From NCBI RefSeq assembly GCF_000143415.4, contig NW_003314278.1, forward strand, positions 1,562,362 through 1,626,361: a DNA stretch of 64,000 nucleotides, in the 5' to 3' direction. This DNA is from Selaginella moellendorffii. Taxonomy: Eukaryota > Plantae > Lycopodiophyta. Numbering within the stretch: position 1 is the stretch's first letter; every line of letters starts with the position of its first letter. The position numbers were made by a program, and so were the translations under genes. Shown one piece after another: positions 35,301 to 47,419 of this stretch. Below the pieces are notes generated by a model. The model saw only the letters and a list, made by a program, of their open reading frames with translations, made no database searches and was not told where the DNA came from.

Positions 35301-38300
35301 TCAGCTGGAAGCAACCGAGACGGGAGCTCGCACCTGGACGCACAAGCCATGGTCGCACCTATCTGGTTTCGAGTGCTGGACTACCACTGGGTTGCCACTG
35401 GCGTCCAGGTCTAGCAGCGCTGTGTCGCCTTCGCTGTAGTGTGACGCGAGTAGAGACTCACTCACCGCGTCTTCGATGATCCTGGTGACCGCTCGCCGCA
35501 AGGGACGAGCTCCGTAAGCTTTGTCGTAGCCCTCGTCGCAAACCAGCTTCACGGCTGCTTCCGACACCTCCAGATTGATGCCTCGCTTGGCGAGCCTCTC
35601 TTTCGTCTCGGCTAGCATCATGTCAACAATGGCACGGACCTGCAAAAGAAGTGTTACGCCGTACGCAAAAGGGATGAGAGATTTATCTCTCACCTGAGCT
35701 TTCTCTAGCGATCTGAAGACAACCACTTCGTCTATTCTGTTGAGTAGCTCGGGCCTGAAGAAGTTTTTCAGCTCGTCCATCACCAGACCTTTGAGGTTTG
35801 TGTAGTCTTCGTCGCCACCTTCCGCGAACGAGAAACCGATCTTGCCGCTTCCTCCTCTTGCTATGGCCGAGGAGCCAACGTTGGATGTCATTATCAAAAG
35901 AGAGTTCCTGAAAGAGACGACGCGGCCCTGTAGAATCCAGCAGGTCAGCTTACAGGCATCACGGAAAATGCTTTACCTGTGAATCGGTAAGGCGACCGTC
36001 CTCAAAAATTTGCAAAAGCATGTTGAAGATATCGGGATGAGCTTTCTCGATCTCGTCCAAGAGAATAACAGTGAAGGGCCTCTTGCGAACAGCCTCTGTC
36101 AGCGTTCCACCCTCGCCATATCCAACATATCCGGGAGGAGAACCGATAAGCTTGCTCACAGTATGACGCTCCATGTACTCGCTCATATCCAACCTTATCA
36201 TGGCGTCCTCCTGGAAGAAAAAAACCGTGGTAAGGCGCCATATGTGCATGCGTATGAAAGGACTTACGGCTCCAAAGAAGTGCTGAGCAAGAGCTTTTGT
36301 AAGCTCCGTTTTTCCTACACCGGTTGGCCCGCAGAAAAGCATGGCAGCGATCGGCCGACTTGGATCCTTGAGTCCGACTCGTGCCCTGCGAACTGCTCGC
36401 GATATGGCATTCACTGCATCATCTTGGCCAACAACACGCGTTTGCAGCAACTTCTCCAGATTAATAAGCTTCAGTTGCTCGTCCGAGGTAAGTTGCTCAA
36501 TCGGAATACCAGACCACATGGACGTCACAGCTGCTATTTCTGAAGGTCCAACTATCACCGAGCTGCAGACAAAAACAAAGCTTAAGAAACGGAGAACAAA
36601 CAAAAGTAGTGCATACCCTTCCATTAGTTCATTTACAGGTAAAGAAACTGACTCTTGGTCGATATCTACAGCCTTCGGTAAAGTGTTTGCAGCACTTTCA
36701 ATAAGATACTCCGAGTCCCCAAGAGCACTTTGCGGAACGAAGGCCTGAAAAAGAATTGTTAGAACAACTTTCGGCACGACAAGCAAAATAAAGGTCACTT
36801 ACAGCTTCTTGAGCAGCCTGGACAGCCCGAATTGCTTGCCAGTACTCGCTAGGTGTCTTGGAAAGAATGCTGACTCGCTCTTCTTTCCTGCGCTTAAACG
36901 CATCAATACGGGCTCTACTGCCAGCCTCGTCGATCAAATCAATCGCTTTGTCGGGAAGGTATCGATCAGCTATGTATCTCGACGACAAATATACAGCCGC
37001 ATCAACTGCTTCCTGTGTAATTCTACATTTGTGATACTCTTCGTATCTATCACGTATTCCTAAAAGAATCTTTACAGCGTCTTCCTGCAAACCAAAAAAA
37101 TCGTCAACAACAACATATACCAAGTAACAACACAAACCTGACTAGGTTCATTTACAATAACAGGTTGAAACCTCCTTGCTAGCGCTTTATCTTTTTCGAT
37201 GTGTTTTCTATGCTCGTCGAGTGTTGTGGCACCTATACACTGAAGAAAAAAGCGTAAGCATAATCGTTATTAACAGTGAAAACATTATCTTTACCTGAAG
37301 TTCGCCTCTCGCTAATGCAGGCTTCAATAGATTCGCAATGTCCAAGCCTGCCCCATTATTTCCACCTCTTCCACCAACAGAACCCGACCCAACGAGCGTA
37401 TGGACTTCGTCTATAAGAAGTATAACATTGCCTGGTGATATCAAGCATGTCAGATACAGCATTCTAAGTATAAATAAACGGAAAACTTCACCTGCTTTTC
37501 GCGTTTCCTCTATGAGGCTTGTAACCCGAGATTCTAGTTCACCACGCTCCTTAGCTCCAGCAAGAAGCAATCCCATATCCAGCGACATCACTCGCTTCCC
37601 CTGTATGCGCAAGCAAGAATATGTAAACTTCACCGCAGTTTAAAAAATCTACTCACCGTGAGAAACTCTGGAACGTTTCCACTCGCAATACGTATGGCAA
37701 GGCCTTCAGCAATCGCTGTCTTGCCAACGCCAGGCTCCCCAAGCAAGATGGGATTGTTTTTGGTTCTTCTTGCTAGAATCTGTACAACTCTTTGCACTTC
37801 ACTGTCTCGGCCAATAACAGGATCAATTTTCCCGTCACTAGCACGTAAGGTAAGATCCACACAAAAATCGTTGAGGGCACCTTTTTCTAGAAGACGGCGT
37901 GGTAAGACGACAAGCATCGAAAGCAAACTAATAAGTAAAGAGCGAACCTTTTCTACCAGGACGCTTGCTTGACGAAGCCGCTGTAGCTCCAGACTTGGCT
38001 GGCAAACTCATAGCAGGAGGCGGTGTTCTTCCGTCCTTGGCAAGTTCTCCCTGTAGTCTCACGATCGACTCAGCTTGTAGCTTTTGCGTTTTCAATCCAA
38101 GCCTGAAAGAAACACGCAAAAACGGAGTCAGCCACACCCAATCAGCCATTTTCTATCTATCTATCACGTACTTGTCAAGAATCTTTGTAGCTCCCCCATC
38201 GTCCACCGTGAAAAGAGCAAGCGCTATATGCTCCGGGGTGATGTAGTTATGTCCCATCTTCTTGGACTGCTCCAGCGCCGCCTCAAACACCCTCTTGCTT

Positions 38301-38896
38301 CCAGTCGAGAAAGGAATCTCGGACGCTTGCTTATCGGACGTGACAAACGTTTGATTGCTCTCCTGGAGCAAGTTCTTGAAGGCCTCCCTGGCTCGGTCGA
38401 TGGTAACGCCAGACCCGAGAAATCCTTCTCCATTCCTCTCCTCGGCAATCAATCCCAGCAGCAGCTGCTCGGTTCCCACGTCCTTCTTTCCAAACAGCTT
38501 GGCCTCCCTCTGGGCGAGCATGATGGACTTGATAGCTCTCTCCGTGAATCGCTCAAAGACCGCGCTCACGACGCCCCGGCAACCAGCTCTAGCCTCGCCG
38601 GGACTTCTTGCTATCAAAGAACTCGAGACTGCCTGATCGAATCCCTCGGAGAATGAAACTGGGCGGAGGAAATCGATGGCGGTGGAGCACCTCCTCAATC
38701 CTTCGTGCTGATACCCGCGCGATTGGAGGAACGCCGCGCAGCTCGACTTCCTCAGCGCCGCCGCTGCCGCCGATGGAGGGGGCCTGCTGTGGTAGTACAC
38801 GGGGCTGCCCAGATGACATCGCGGGGACGAGCTGCCGTGCTCGAAAATGCGCGCCTGGTGAATCGTGTTGGACGTGCTCGCGGCCGCCATCGCCAT
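35301..38896 (-). CDS. CLPD: Chloroplast Clp/Hsp100 chaperone ClpD (ERD1-type), multi-exon
   Basis: Transit peptide, [11 protein letters not shown]-domain, Walker A motifs GEPGVGKT and [37 protein letters not shown]. ClpD-type [10 protein letters not shown] and SILSK.P..YWQ.I. Confidence 0.93.
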
Positions 38897-39662
38897 GGAT
38901 CAAATCCTTGCCACACCGGGACTGGCTCAAGATTTCACCTGGAGAGCAGCCGGATTGGAGCTTGGCTCGAGCAAGAAACGAGAGCGCGCCCACTGCTGGT
39001 ACTCGACGCGTTGCAAAACCCTAGGAACAGGAAGAAGGAAGATCCAACCTCGGCCCCACTGCGGTTGAGTGCTCTCGATCTGGTGTCGTCGCGGCGATGG
39101 CGGCGGCGGCAATCCAACCCCCACGCGCTATGATCCTTCGCGTCCACGCTTCCTCTACAATGGCCGCCCTCGCCGCGCATTTTTCTAGTCAGCGAGGAAG
39201 AACACCAGATCACCAAGGGGTGCAGCCGGGGTGTTGTGGGCCGTTGGATGGGAGATCCGACGGCTGTGGACTCGCCACGACAGGTAGTCCGAGAGCGGGA
39301 AATTGTGGGTGGCCACCAGCGAATATTCGCGCCGGCGAAAGTAGAAGTCGCGTGTATTTACCACGTGGCTTATGAGTATATGTGTTGCATGCAAAGACTC
39401 GCACCACGTAGCTGCATTGCTGTGTTCGTTAGAAACCTCTATGAAAGGTGGTATAACTATGGTCAACACTAGTTGATTATGGCAAAGTCAATGAATTGTT
39501 GACGAGAAGAAAAATATGAGATCACGATGGACCCATTGCTTGACACGATCGAGAAAACTATTGACAGAAACTATCAAAGAGGAAACTTCCATTCATAGAT
39601 TAGCGAGGAATTCTTTGTTTGACACATGATATGAGAGAAACTTCATGGGCCAAACTTCCAAT

Positions 39663-40916
39663 TCATAGATTTGAGAGGAATTCATAGAGCTCACTAGCAA
39701 CTCGTCCAGGGAACTCCTCGTGTGCCAAGAGAGCTCCTGGAATTTCCACAAGCTTGGCCACACCCTTGGCATCCCGGAGAGCTTCCATCTCGGCTCTAGA
39801 GCGCCTCGGACTGGCCGTGGAAACCATGACCAACGCTGGGACTTTCCCGTCCAGAGCGCCAAACAGCTCCACAAATTCTTCCCGGCTCTTCACTGGATCA
39901 AGCAGGCCAGTGAGAAAGGCCGCAGGAGCGTAGCGAGCTCCTGGGAGCTTGGTGAGAGCGAGGCGGCTATCGACGATGGCGTCAGTCACGTTGCTCGACT
40001 CTGAGTAGACGTGACTTTCGTACTGTTTTCGTATGTTGCTCCGGCTGCTCACGAGTGCGTTGTAAAGAGCCCAGCCCACGGCAGGCGCTCGCAAAGCTCC
40101 TCGAAGGAATCCATACCTGTACGTAAACAATGGCAAAGCGATAGAGTTGAGAAAGAAAAGAATGATTTTGGAACTAAGCACTACTTACTTGGATACGGCA
40201 TCGGGACTTTGTCCGAAAACAATTGGCAAAGGTCCGGCCCATGTTGGAGCTACCGCAACCAAAGCTCGGGCATTGATCTTTCCTCCGGCGATGGCCTTTG
40301 CGGCAATGGTTGCAGCATGACCACCTCCGGCAATCACTGGAGCTGGAGTATAAGAAACTAATTAACTCTTGCACTAGAGTTCTAGAGTAAAGAAAAAAAT
40401 GTACACTGACCTGTTGTGCTTCCAAGAGGTCCATCTTGTGCCATGACAAAGTCTACGAGGAACTTTTCCAAGGTATCAGCAGTGTAGTCTATCGCTGGCC
40501 TGTCCGAGAGGCCAAATCCCGGCCAATCCACAGTCACAGACCTCCACGAACTGTCCTTTGTGACGATATCTTGAGACACGGCTTTCCATTCTTCCGTGGT
40601 GCTCACGTCCGACACAGTTGGAAGTAGTAGCAGGCATTTGTCTCCAACACTGGATTGCTCGACAAAATTGATTTTCAAGGAGGAATTGTTGTGCCTCCAC
40701 GACCAAGATCCAGTCTAACAAACAGCTACAACTAGCTTGGTTGGGAACTAGAAGGAGGAGGAAATGTACCTTTGTTGGTGCTGGTTTCTCAGCAAGCGCG
40801 GCCTTTGGAGAAAATTTACGCAATGAAGTGAAGCAAAGTTTTGATCCTTTTGGTGTCACAATTGCGCTCCCAAGACGCAATTGTCCTAGCGCTGAGCCCT
40901 GTACAGAGACGGCCAT
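39663..40916 (-). CDS. Alpha/beta-hydrolase fold protein, probably plastid-targeted, multi-exon
   Basis: Motifs LLPTVSDVSTTEEW, VDWPGFGLSDRP, GGHAA, APTWAGPLP, PAAFLTGLLDPV and GALLAHEEFP, separated by short GT-AG introns. Extra 5' exons possible near 41.0 kb. Confidence 0.85.
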
Positions 40917-41165
40917 AGCCACAACAAAAAAAATCTCAGTCAAAACTTCTTAAGACAAACATACCGTTGATTTTTTCTTACTTCTAGAAAGCAACCTCCT
41001 GTAACAGCATAAAAACCTATAAGAACGAAAGAAAGAAAAGAAACTTTCTTACCATGTCACCTGTCTAAACCACTGGTTGGTTCGTCCATAGCCACTGGAA
41101 GAAAGAAAAACCAAGTTTTAGAAGCCAAATATGAATCAATCTCTTACCTGATTCTTCCGAAATTC

Positions 41166-43040
41166 TCAGGCCTCCTCTGTAGCTCCAGCAAAAATCCCTG
41201 CCAGAAGCGAGTATCCCGACGTGTTCTCCGGATGGCTTCTAAGAAGTGACTCCGCAACCGAGGCTCCACGACCAACATCACCATCCGCTCGACAAGAATT
41301 GAGCAGCGTCGTCAATGCCATGGAGTCGGGCACAAAAGGCATACTCTCGACGAGCTCCACGGCATCTCTCACGCGTCCAGACCGAGCAAGGATGTCCACC
41401 ATGCAATGGAAATGCTCCACGCTTGGAACAATCTCCTGGTCCCTGGACATGGAGACGAAGTAGTAATGGCCATCGTCGACGAGCCCAGCATGAGAGCAAG
41501 CAGTGAGAACTCCCAGATACGTGATCGTGTTTGGCCTCAGCCCAGCTTGATCCAGTAACCGGAAGAGCTCCAGAGACTCGTCGTCCATGCCGCTGCTAGC
41601 ATAGGCTTGGATCATCGTTGTCCAGGAGATCACACACTGCTGGGGAGTGGCATCGAAGAGCGTCCGAGCTTCCTGGAGCTGGCCGGCCTGTCCGAGCGCT
41701 TGAATCATCGTTGTCCAAGAGAGAGCACTGTTCTTGGGCATTCGTGAGAAGACACGACGAGCCTCGGCAATATGCCCGTTCTGGGCATATCCATGGATCA
41801 AGGCTGTGAACGCTACCACGTCCTTGCTGGGCATTCGATCGAAAGTTTCTCTAGCTCTGTCCATCAGTCCTTTGAGCGCGTAAGCAGCGAGCATCGACGT
41901 CCAGGCCACTGTGTCTAGATCCAGCCTCGAGTAAAAGAGCTTCTCAGCCTCTTCAAGATACCCATTCAAGGCAAATCCCTTGACAAGCGCGCTCCACACC
42001 ACCACGCTTCCTAAATCCTGGTACTTCTCTAGCAGATCCCTGGCAGCGTCCATCTCTCCACCCTGCCCAAGCGCTGTGATCACCGTGTTCCACGAATTCT
42101 CGTCCCAGCACGGCATTCTCTCGAGCAAGACTCTCGCGAGATCCGCCTGGCCGGATTGGCTGTAGCCCAGTAGCATCCCATTCCACGAGACCAGATTCTT
42201 CCCCGGCATGGCGTCGAAGATCCGGCGGCACTCCACCGCTCCACCCACCTGGGCGTTCACTGTGAGCAGCGCCGTCCACGAGAACACATCCCTGGCCGGC
42301 ATTCTCTCAAAGATCCATCGAGACGATTCCACTCGCCCGCTCGTCGCGTACGACTGGATCATCGTGTTCCAAGAAACCAAATCCCTACCCTGGACGATCC
42401 CATCGAACAAGCCCCGTGCCTCGACCGTGTGGCCGCTGTCCGCGTAGGCGACGATCATCGCGTTGACAGCCACGGCATCGCGATCCTCCGGCATGGAGTA
42501 GAAGATCTGACGCGCGCCCTCAAGATCCCCAGCTAGGGCATAGCCCTGGAGAATGGCGGTCCAGGAGACGAGATTGGGCTGTGGCATTCTATCAAAGAAC
42601 GATCGCGCAACGTCCACGTGTCCGGCATTGGCGTAGGCAGTGATCATGGCCGTCCATGAGATCACGCTCTTGAGCGGGAGCTCCTCGAACGTGGATCTGG
42701 CCTCCTCCAAATGCCCGTTCTGGGCAAATGCTGTGATAAGGAGATTATAGGAGAATGTGTTGGGCATTGGCATCGATTGGAACACCGCCAATGCCTCGGC
42801 AGCGCTGTGGCATTTTCCATAGCTCTCGATGAGGAGATTGAGTAGGAATCGATCGCCTCCGTTAGTCTTGCTCGCGCTGATTTGGGCGTGGATGATTCGA
42901 GAGCGGGCGAGGTCCCTGGCTGCGCCGGCGACTTTGATGGCCCTTGCGGCTTCTTTCCAATCGAATGATTCGGAGGAGAAAGAGCTTGCAGTCAGATCGA
43001 GAAGAGATCTCGCTCGTTTCCTCTCATTCCTGACGAGCAT
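41166..43040 (-). CDS. PLS-class PPR protein (E-type), intronless
   Basis: 624-aa ORF with a long run of ~31-aa repeats, VLTACSHAG and EHFHCMVDILARSG. Confidence 0.93.
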   Translation of the reverse strand: MLVRNERKRARSLLDLTASSFSSESFDWKEAARAIKVAGAARDLARSRIIHAQISASKTNGGDRFLLNLLIESYGKCHSAAEALAVFQSMPMPNTFSYNLLITAFAQNGHLEEARSTFEELPLKSVISWTAMITAYANAGHVDVARSFFDRMPQPNLVSWTAILQGYALAGDLEGARQIFYSMPEDRDAVAVNAMIVAYADSGHTVEARGLFDGIVQGRDLVSWNTMIQSYATSGRVESSRWIFERMPARDVFSWTALLTVNAQVGGAVECRRIFDAMPGKNLVSWNGMLLGYSQSGQADLARVLLERMPCWDENSWNTVITALGQGGEMDAARDLLEKYQDLGSVVVWSALVKGFALNGYLEEAEKLFYSRLDLDTVAWTSMLAAYALKGLMDRARETFDRMPSKDVVAFTALIHGYAQNGHIAEARRVFSRMPKNSALSWTTMIQALGQAGQLQEARTLFDATPQQCVISWTTMIQAYASSGMDDESLELFRLLDQAGLRPNTITYLGVLTACSHAGLVDDGHYYFVSMSRDQEIVPSVEHFHCMVDILARSGRVRDAVELVESMPFVPDSMALTTLLNSCRADGDVGRGASVAESLLRSHPENTSGYSLLAGIFAGATEEA

Positions 43041-43129
43041 AACATTTGGTTCAAGCTAAATGTGAGCTTTATTAAATTAGACTTTTTTAAGCCAGAAGTT
43101 AAGTTAAGAGTTTTAACCAAATGTATTAA

Positions 43130-43201
43130 GCATCAGTAGTCCAACGGTTAGGATAATTGCCTTCCAAGCAATAGACCCGGGTTCGACTCCCGGCTGATGC
43201 A
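43130..43201 (+). tRNA. tRNA-Gly, anticodon TCC
   Basis: Cloverleaf: acceptor stem GCATCAG/CTGATGC, anticodon arm ATTGC-CT-TCC-AA-GCAAT, T arm CCGGG-TTCGACT-CCCGG, discriminator A. Confidence 0.96.
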
Positions 43202-43333
43202 TTGATTTAGGGAAACATTTTATGTAACCACGACCTAAAGGTAATTTTCCTAAGTTACCAAAAGGAACTACTTAAACACGAGCATATAAACAGTGGAGAC
43301 CTAAAGGAAGACACATTTTCCTTTACGAGAGTT

Positions 43334-44071
43334 ATGGCGTCGTGGTTGCAAGCTCTGTTGAACGTGACGGACTTCTTCACAGCGTGTGAACTCCACGCCA
43401 ACTGCACATCCGGGAAACGCAAGAAGAGCTTCTTCTGCAAGCAGTGCTTAGCGTCCCTGTGTCAAGAATGCAAAAAGGATCACCGGACTTGCGATCCCCG
43501 AAACGCTTTGCAGATCGTAATCTCAGGCCGCCTTACTGCACTCAAGGCGTGTGAGGCGGAGCGCCTCATCGATACGTCGGGGATGGAGACGTTTACCATC
43601 AACGGAGGCCCAATCTTTTATCTCCACGCCAGGCCCCGAGGAATAGAGGTGCAAAACTCGGTACTATGCCGCCACTGCAAGAGGGTGCTGCACGGAGCTC
43701 TCTACTGCTCGCTCTACTGCAAGCTTCAGTGCCGAGGGTTGCACGCGCTCGAGCCCCAGGGTCAGGATGAGAACACTCCGCCACCTTTTCCTCAGCCTAG
43801 CGTGGCTCAAGATGGTGATGTTTTACGGAACGATCATGCCCGGGTCGTCGTTAAGGTCAAGCCAAAGGATCGGCCTAGGGCTCCCAAGGCGAAGGCTCCG
43901 TGCAATAGGAAACGAAAGCAGCCAGAGCAAAGCTCCATTGAGCAAGTTTGTGCGAGGAGAATGGACGAAGCTAGTATCCCTTACAATACTGTAGAGCCTG
44001 AGAAGTCTGCTCTTCAAGGATTTAGAAAGCGGGCAAGGAAAGGTATCCCAACAAGGTCACCCATTTTTTGA
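43334..44071 (+). CDS. PLATZ-family zinc-binding transcription factor, intronless and divergent
   Basis: WL..LL..FF..C..H, FC..C...LC..C...H, ID.SG..TFTING, C..C.R.L....YCSL.CKL, and C-terminal RKGIP.RSP. Confidence 0.88.
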   Translation: MASWLQALLNVTDFFTACELHANCTSGKRKKSFFCKQCLASLCQECKKDHRTCDPRNALQIVISGRLTALKACEAERLIDTSGMETFTINGGPIFYLHARPRGIEVQNSVLCRHCKRVLHGALYCSLYCKLQCRGLHALEPQGQDENTPPPFPQPSVAQDGDVLRNDHARVVVKVKPKDRPRAPKAKAPCNRKRKQPEQSSIEQVCARRMDEASIPYNTVEPEKSALQGFRKRARKGIPTRSPIF

Positions 44072-44166
44072 AATGTAAATTCTATGATGATTGAACAATT
44101 CAATGTTATATTGTGCTTGATCTTCACTCACCTTTTTGTTGAAAAATGTATATTAAACATGTTTAT

Positions 44167-45159
44167 TTACAGTTTGTAAGCTTCAATAACTTGCTCCTTG
44201 GACGGAACGTTCAAGAGGGAAACGTTGCCAAAGCCACTTTTTTCAAGCAGCACCTTGTGTTCTTCAAATCGCCTGGTCTTGCCACCGTCGGTGTAGGTCC
44301 AGCCCCGTCCTTGGAGTACATAAGGTCGACCACTATCATCTTGCCTCCTCGTGGCAGAGCTTTGTTGCAATTCGCCAGCATCTTCAGGCAATCCTCGTCG
44401 CTAAAATTGAGCAAAGTAGACTGAAGAAACACCAATGATCAAAACAAAGAGCAAGAGTTACAACCTTGATAAAAAGAGCATCAGCACTTGGTACACTCTC
44501 AAACATATTTCCTCCCACCTGGAAAAGCATAAAGACATGGAGGAATCAGAAACAAAACTTCAATCCTTACCGGGAATGGCTGGAGCGCTCTCAACAGTGT
44601 GAGGGAGATCAAAGTTGACACCTTCGATGTGGGGATATTTCTCCACGATCTTGCCCATGCACATTCCAAGGCCACCATCCACGAGCTTCTTCGCGTCTTT
44701 GAATCCATCGTAGTGCTCGTGGACGAGGGAGATGGTGACGCTGCTCCACGCGAACATAGGATCGTTGAGCAGCTTCACGTACTCGTCGCTGTGGCCGGTG
44801 TCGTGCTCCCAAACACGACATTTGTTGGCAATCTCGTAAGCGTGGCCTCCATTCAGCACCACCTTTAGGACGTGCACCTTCAGCACCATTCAGCACGTGC
44901 GTGCATAGCAGCAGGTGATGATGCTCCTCCGCAAGCCCCTTGGAGATTGGAGTGAGGCCGTAGTACGTTTCTCCATCTTTCTCGTCGATCTTCTTGCTCA
45001 GTGCCCGCTTGTGGACCAGAAACTGGAGGAGTCTCTCGAGGAGATCCGGCTGACAGTTCTTCGCGTTCGAGAGACGTGACACGACAGCGAGAAGATCATG
45101 CTCTTGAGATCAAAGTGGCCTTGAGCATCTTCACTCATGGTGTTAGATCCAGGCACCAT
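44167..45159 (-). pseudogene. O-methyltransferase pseudogene (cassette copy)
   Basis: Highly similar to 46142..47275 but with deletions and frameshifts (VDGGLG lacks VG; exon 1 and exon 3 deletions). Confidence 0.9.
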
Positions 45160-45325
45160 ACCCTACTGATTCTGAAAGGACGAGAGTAAATGAAAACCTT
45201 CTTTAAGACTGGTTGAAATGTCACTTCCCTGTCTACTGTATTTTAAGGTCCACGCTGCCAGAACAGCGTGACAAAGTCGGAAAATATCCTTGCGTGACAA
45301 AGTCAAGGTCGCAAAAACTATATCT

Positions 45326-45585
45326 TCATCGGGATTTCACCATCAATAAATATGCTCCTGCAACAATTTGATCATCATCAAGCTCCAGCAGTGACTTGAA
45401 TGCTAGCTGCCCAACGCTAGTAAAACTGAGACGAAAGTAATCCAAACGCTTCGTCTTGCATCTTTTTAAAGAGGCTGAAAACTTCGTGAGGCTGCTAGAG
45501 CGTTTTACCATGTCTTCTCCGGGCGTAGAGTCGAAGACCAACCTAGAGCTTCATTTGTTTCATCCCCAGTTCTGCAAATTTTTGT
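45326..45585 (-). pseudogene. Deleted copy of the 3' end of the PPR at 47420
   Basis: VFDSTPGEDMV..GQLAFKSLLELDDD..AYLLMVKSR matches the PPR C-terminus. Confidence 0.85.
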
Positions 45586-46141
45586 CACCGGCGCTCAAGA
45601 AAGTAAAATAAAGTCAATTCAAAGTGAACATAGTCAATTCAAGTCAAGTCAAGGCACCAAGTGTATGAAATATGGAAAGGGAATACAGAAAATGTATTTG
45701 AGGCCATGTTGTGTTGAAAGATCTATAAAAAAATGTAAGTCTTAGCTACTGCAAAATAATCAAACAAGGAAACTGCTGCAACATCTCTATCATTTAGCAA
45801 TGATCGATGTAAGACGATGAAATGACACACTCTTGATTCGAGCAAACATCACCATATCCATATGCTATAGTTGTCACAAAAGTTAAGCAGAAGTTGACAT
45901 ACCAAGCACAAAATCTGCTCCATGGCGTCGGTCACGCGTCCAGAGTGCGGAATTCTTCATGGCATCGTTACTTTAGGCCACCTATCCCCAAGCGGCAAAA
46001 TCTCCAGGAAGAATATTATCCAAGCCTCAAACTCTTTTATTTTTATCGATGATGCTCGCTTCAACACTGGAGCAGTCCATATTGTCAACGGTGACAATAA
46101 ACTCTAAAATACAACCAGCACAAACATCTCATTCACTTTGT

Positions 46142-47275
46142 TTAGAGCTTGTAAGCTTCTATAACTTGCTCCTTGGAAGGAACGGCCACGAGGGAAACGT
46201 TGCCAAAGCCACTGTTCTCGAGCAGCGCTTTGTGTTCTTCAAATCGCCTGGTCTTGCCACCGTCTGTGAAGCCGATCATAATCATGTCCAGGTCCATCTC
46301 GAATGGTCCCTCCTTGGAGTATATGAGCTCGATCACTATCAGTTTGCCTCCTCTTGGCAGAGCTTTGTAGCAATTCGCCAGCATCTTGAGGCAATCCTCG
46401 TCGCTAAAATTGATCATAACAGACTGAAGAAACACCATGACGATCACAACCTCAAGGAAAAAGAAGACAGAGTACCTTGATAAGAAGAGCATCAGCACTT
46501 GGTACACTCTCAAACATGTTGCCTCCCACATGAGCAACACCTGTTAAGAAAAAAACATGAAGAAATCAAAAGAAGATGTGTCTTGAATCTTACCGGGAAA
46601 GGCTGGAGCACTCGAAACGGTGTGAGGGAGATCAAAGTTGACACCTTCGATGTGGGGATACTTCTTCACAATCTTGCCCATGCACATTCCAAGGCCACCG
46701 CCAACATCCACGAGCTTCTTCACGTCTTTGAATCCATCGTAGTGCTCGAGGACGAGGGAGATGGTGACGCTGCTCCAAGCGACCATAGCATCGTTGAGCA
46801 GCTTCACGTACTCGTCGCCGTGGCCGGGGTCGTGCTCCCAAACACGACATTTGTTGGCCAACTCGTAAGCGTGGCCTCCATCCAGCACTGCTTCATTCAC
46901 CTTTTGGAACGCGGCCATGCCATACTCGTGCGTGCACAAGAGCAGGAGATGGTGCTCTTCCGCGAGCCACTTTGAGATTGGAGTGAGGCCGTAGTACGTT
47001 TCTCCATCTTTCTCGTCGATCTTCTCGCTCAGTGCCCGCTTGTGGACCAAAAACTGGAGGATTCTCTCGAGGAGGTCCGGCTGAATGTGCTTGACATTTG
47101 AGAGACGTGACACGATCTGCTTGAGGGAAAGCGGGCCTGCCTTGGAGATCATCTCGGGAATCCCGAGCAGCACCACAGCCTTGAGCATGAAAGGAGTCAC
47201 CAGCGAGAAGATCATGCTCTTGAGATCAAAGTGGCCTTGAGCATCTTCACTCATGGTGCTAGATACAGGCGCCAT
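46142..47275 (-). CDS. COMT-like SAM-dependent O-methyltransferase homolog with non-canonical active site, 3 exons, ~342 aa
   Basis: Dimerisation domain, LVDVGGGLG, NFDLPH, GGNMFESVP, DxDMxM. Two GT-AG introns. KSVMINFSD replaces KWILHDWSD and GGKTR replaces GGKER. Confidence 0.9.
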
Positions 47276-47419
47276 ACTGCCTTCTGCTTCTGAAGGATGA
47301 GAGCAAATGAGAGCCTTTTTAAGCCTTGAAATGTCACTTCCTTGTCTAGTGTATTTTAGATGGACCTTGCCAGAACAGCGTGACAAAGTCCTAAAGTCAA
47401 GGTTGTAGAAACTATATCT

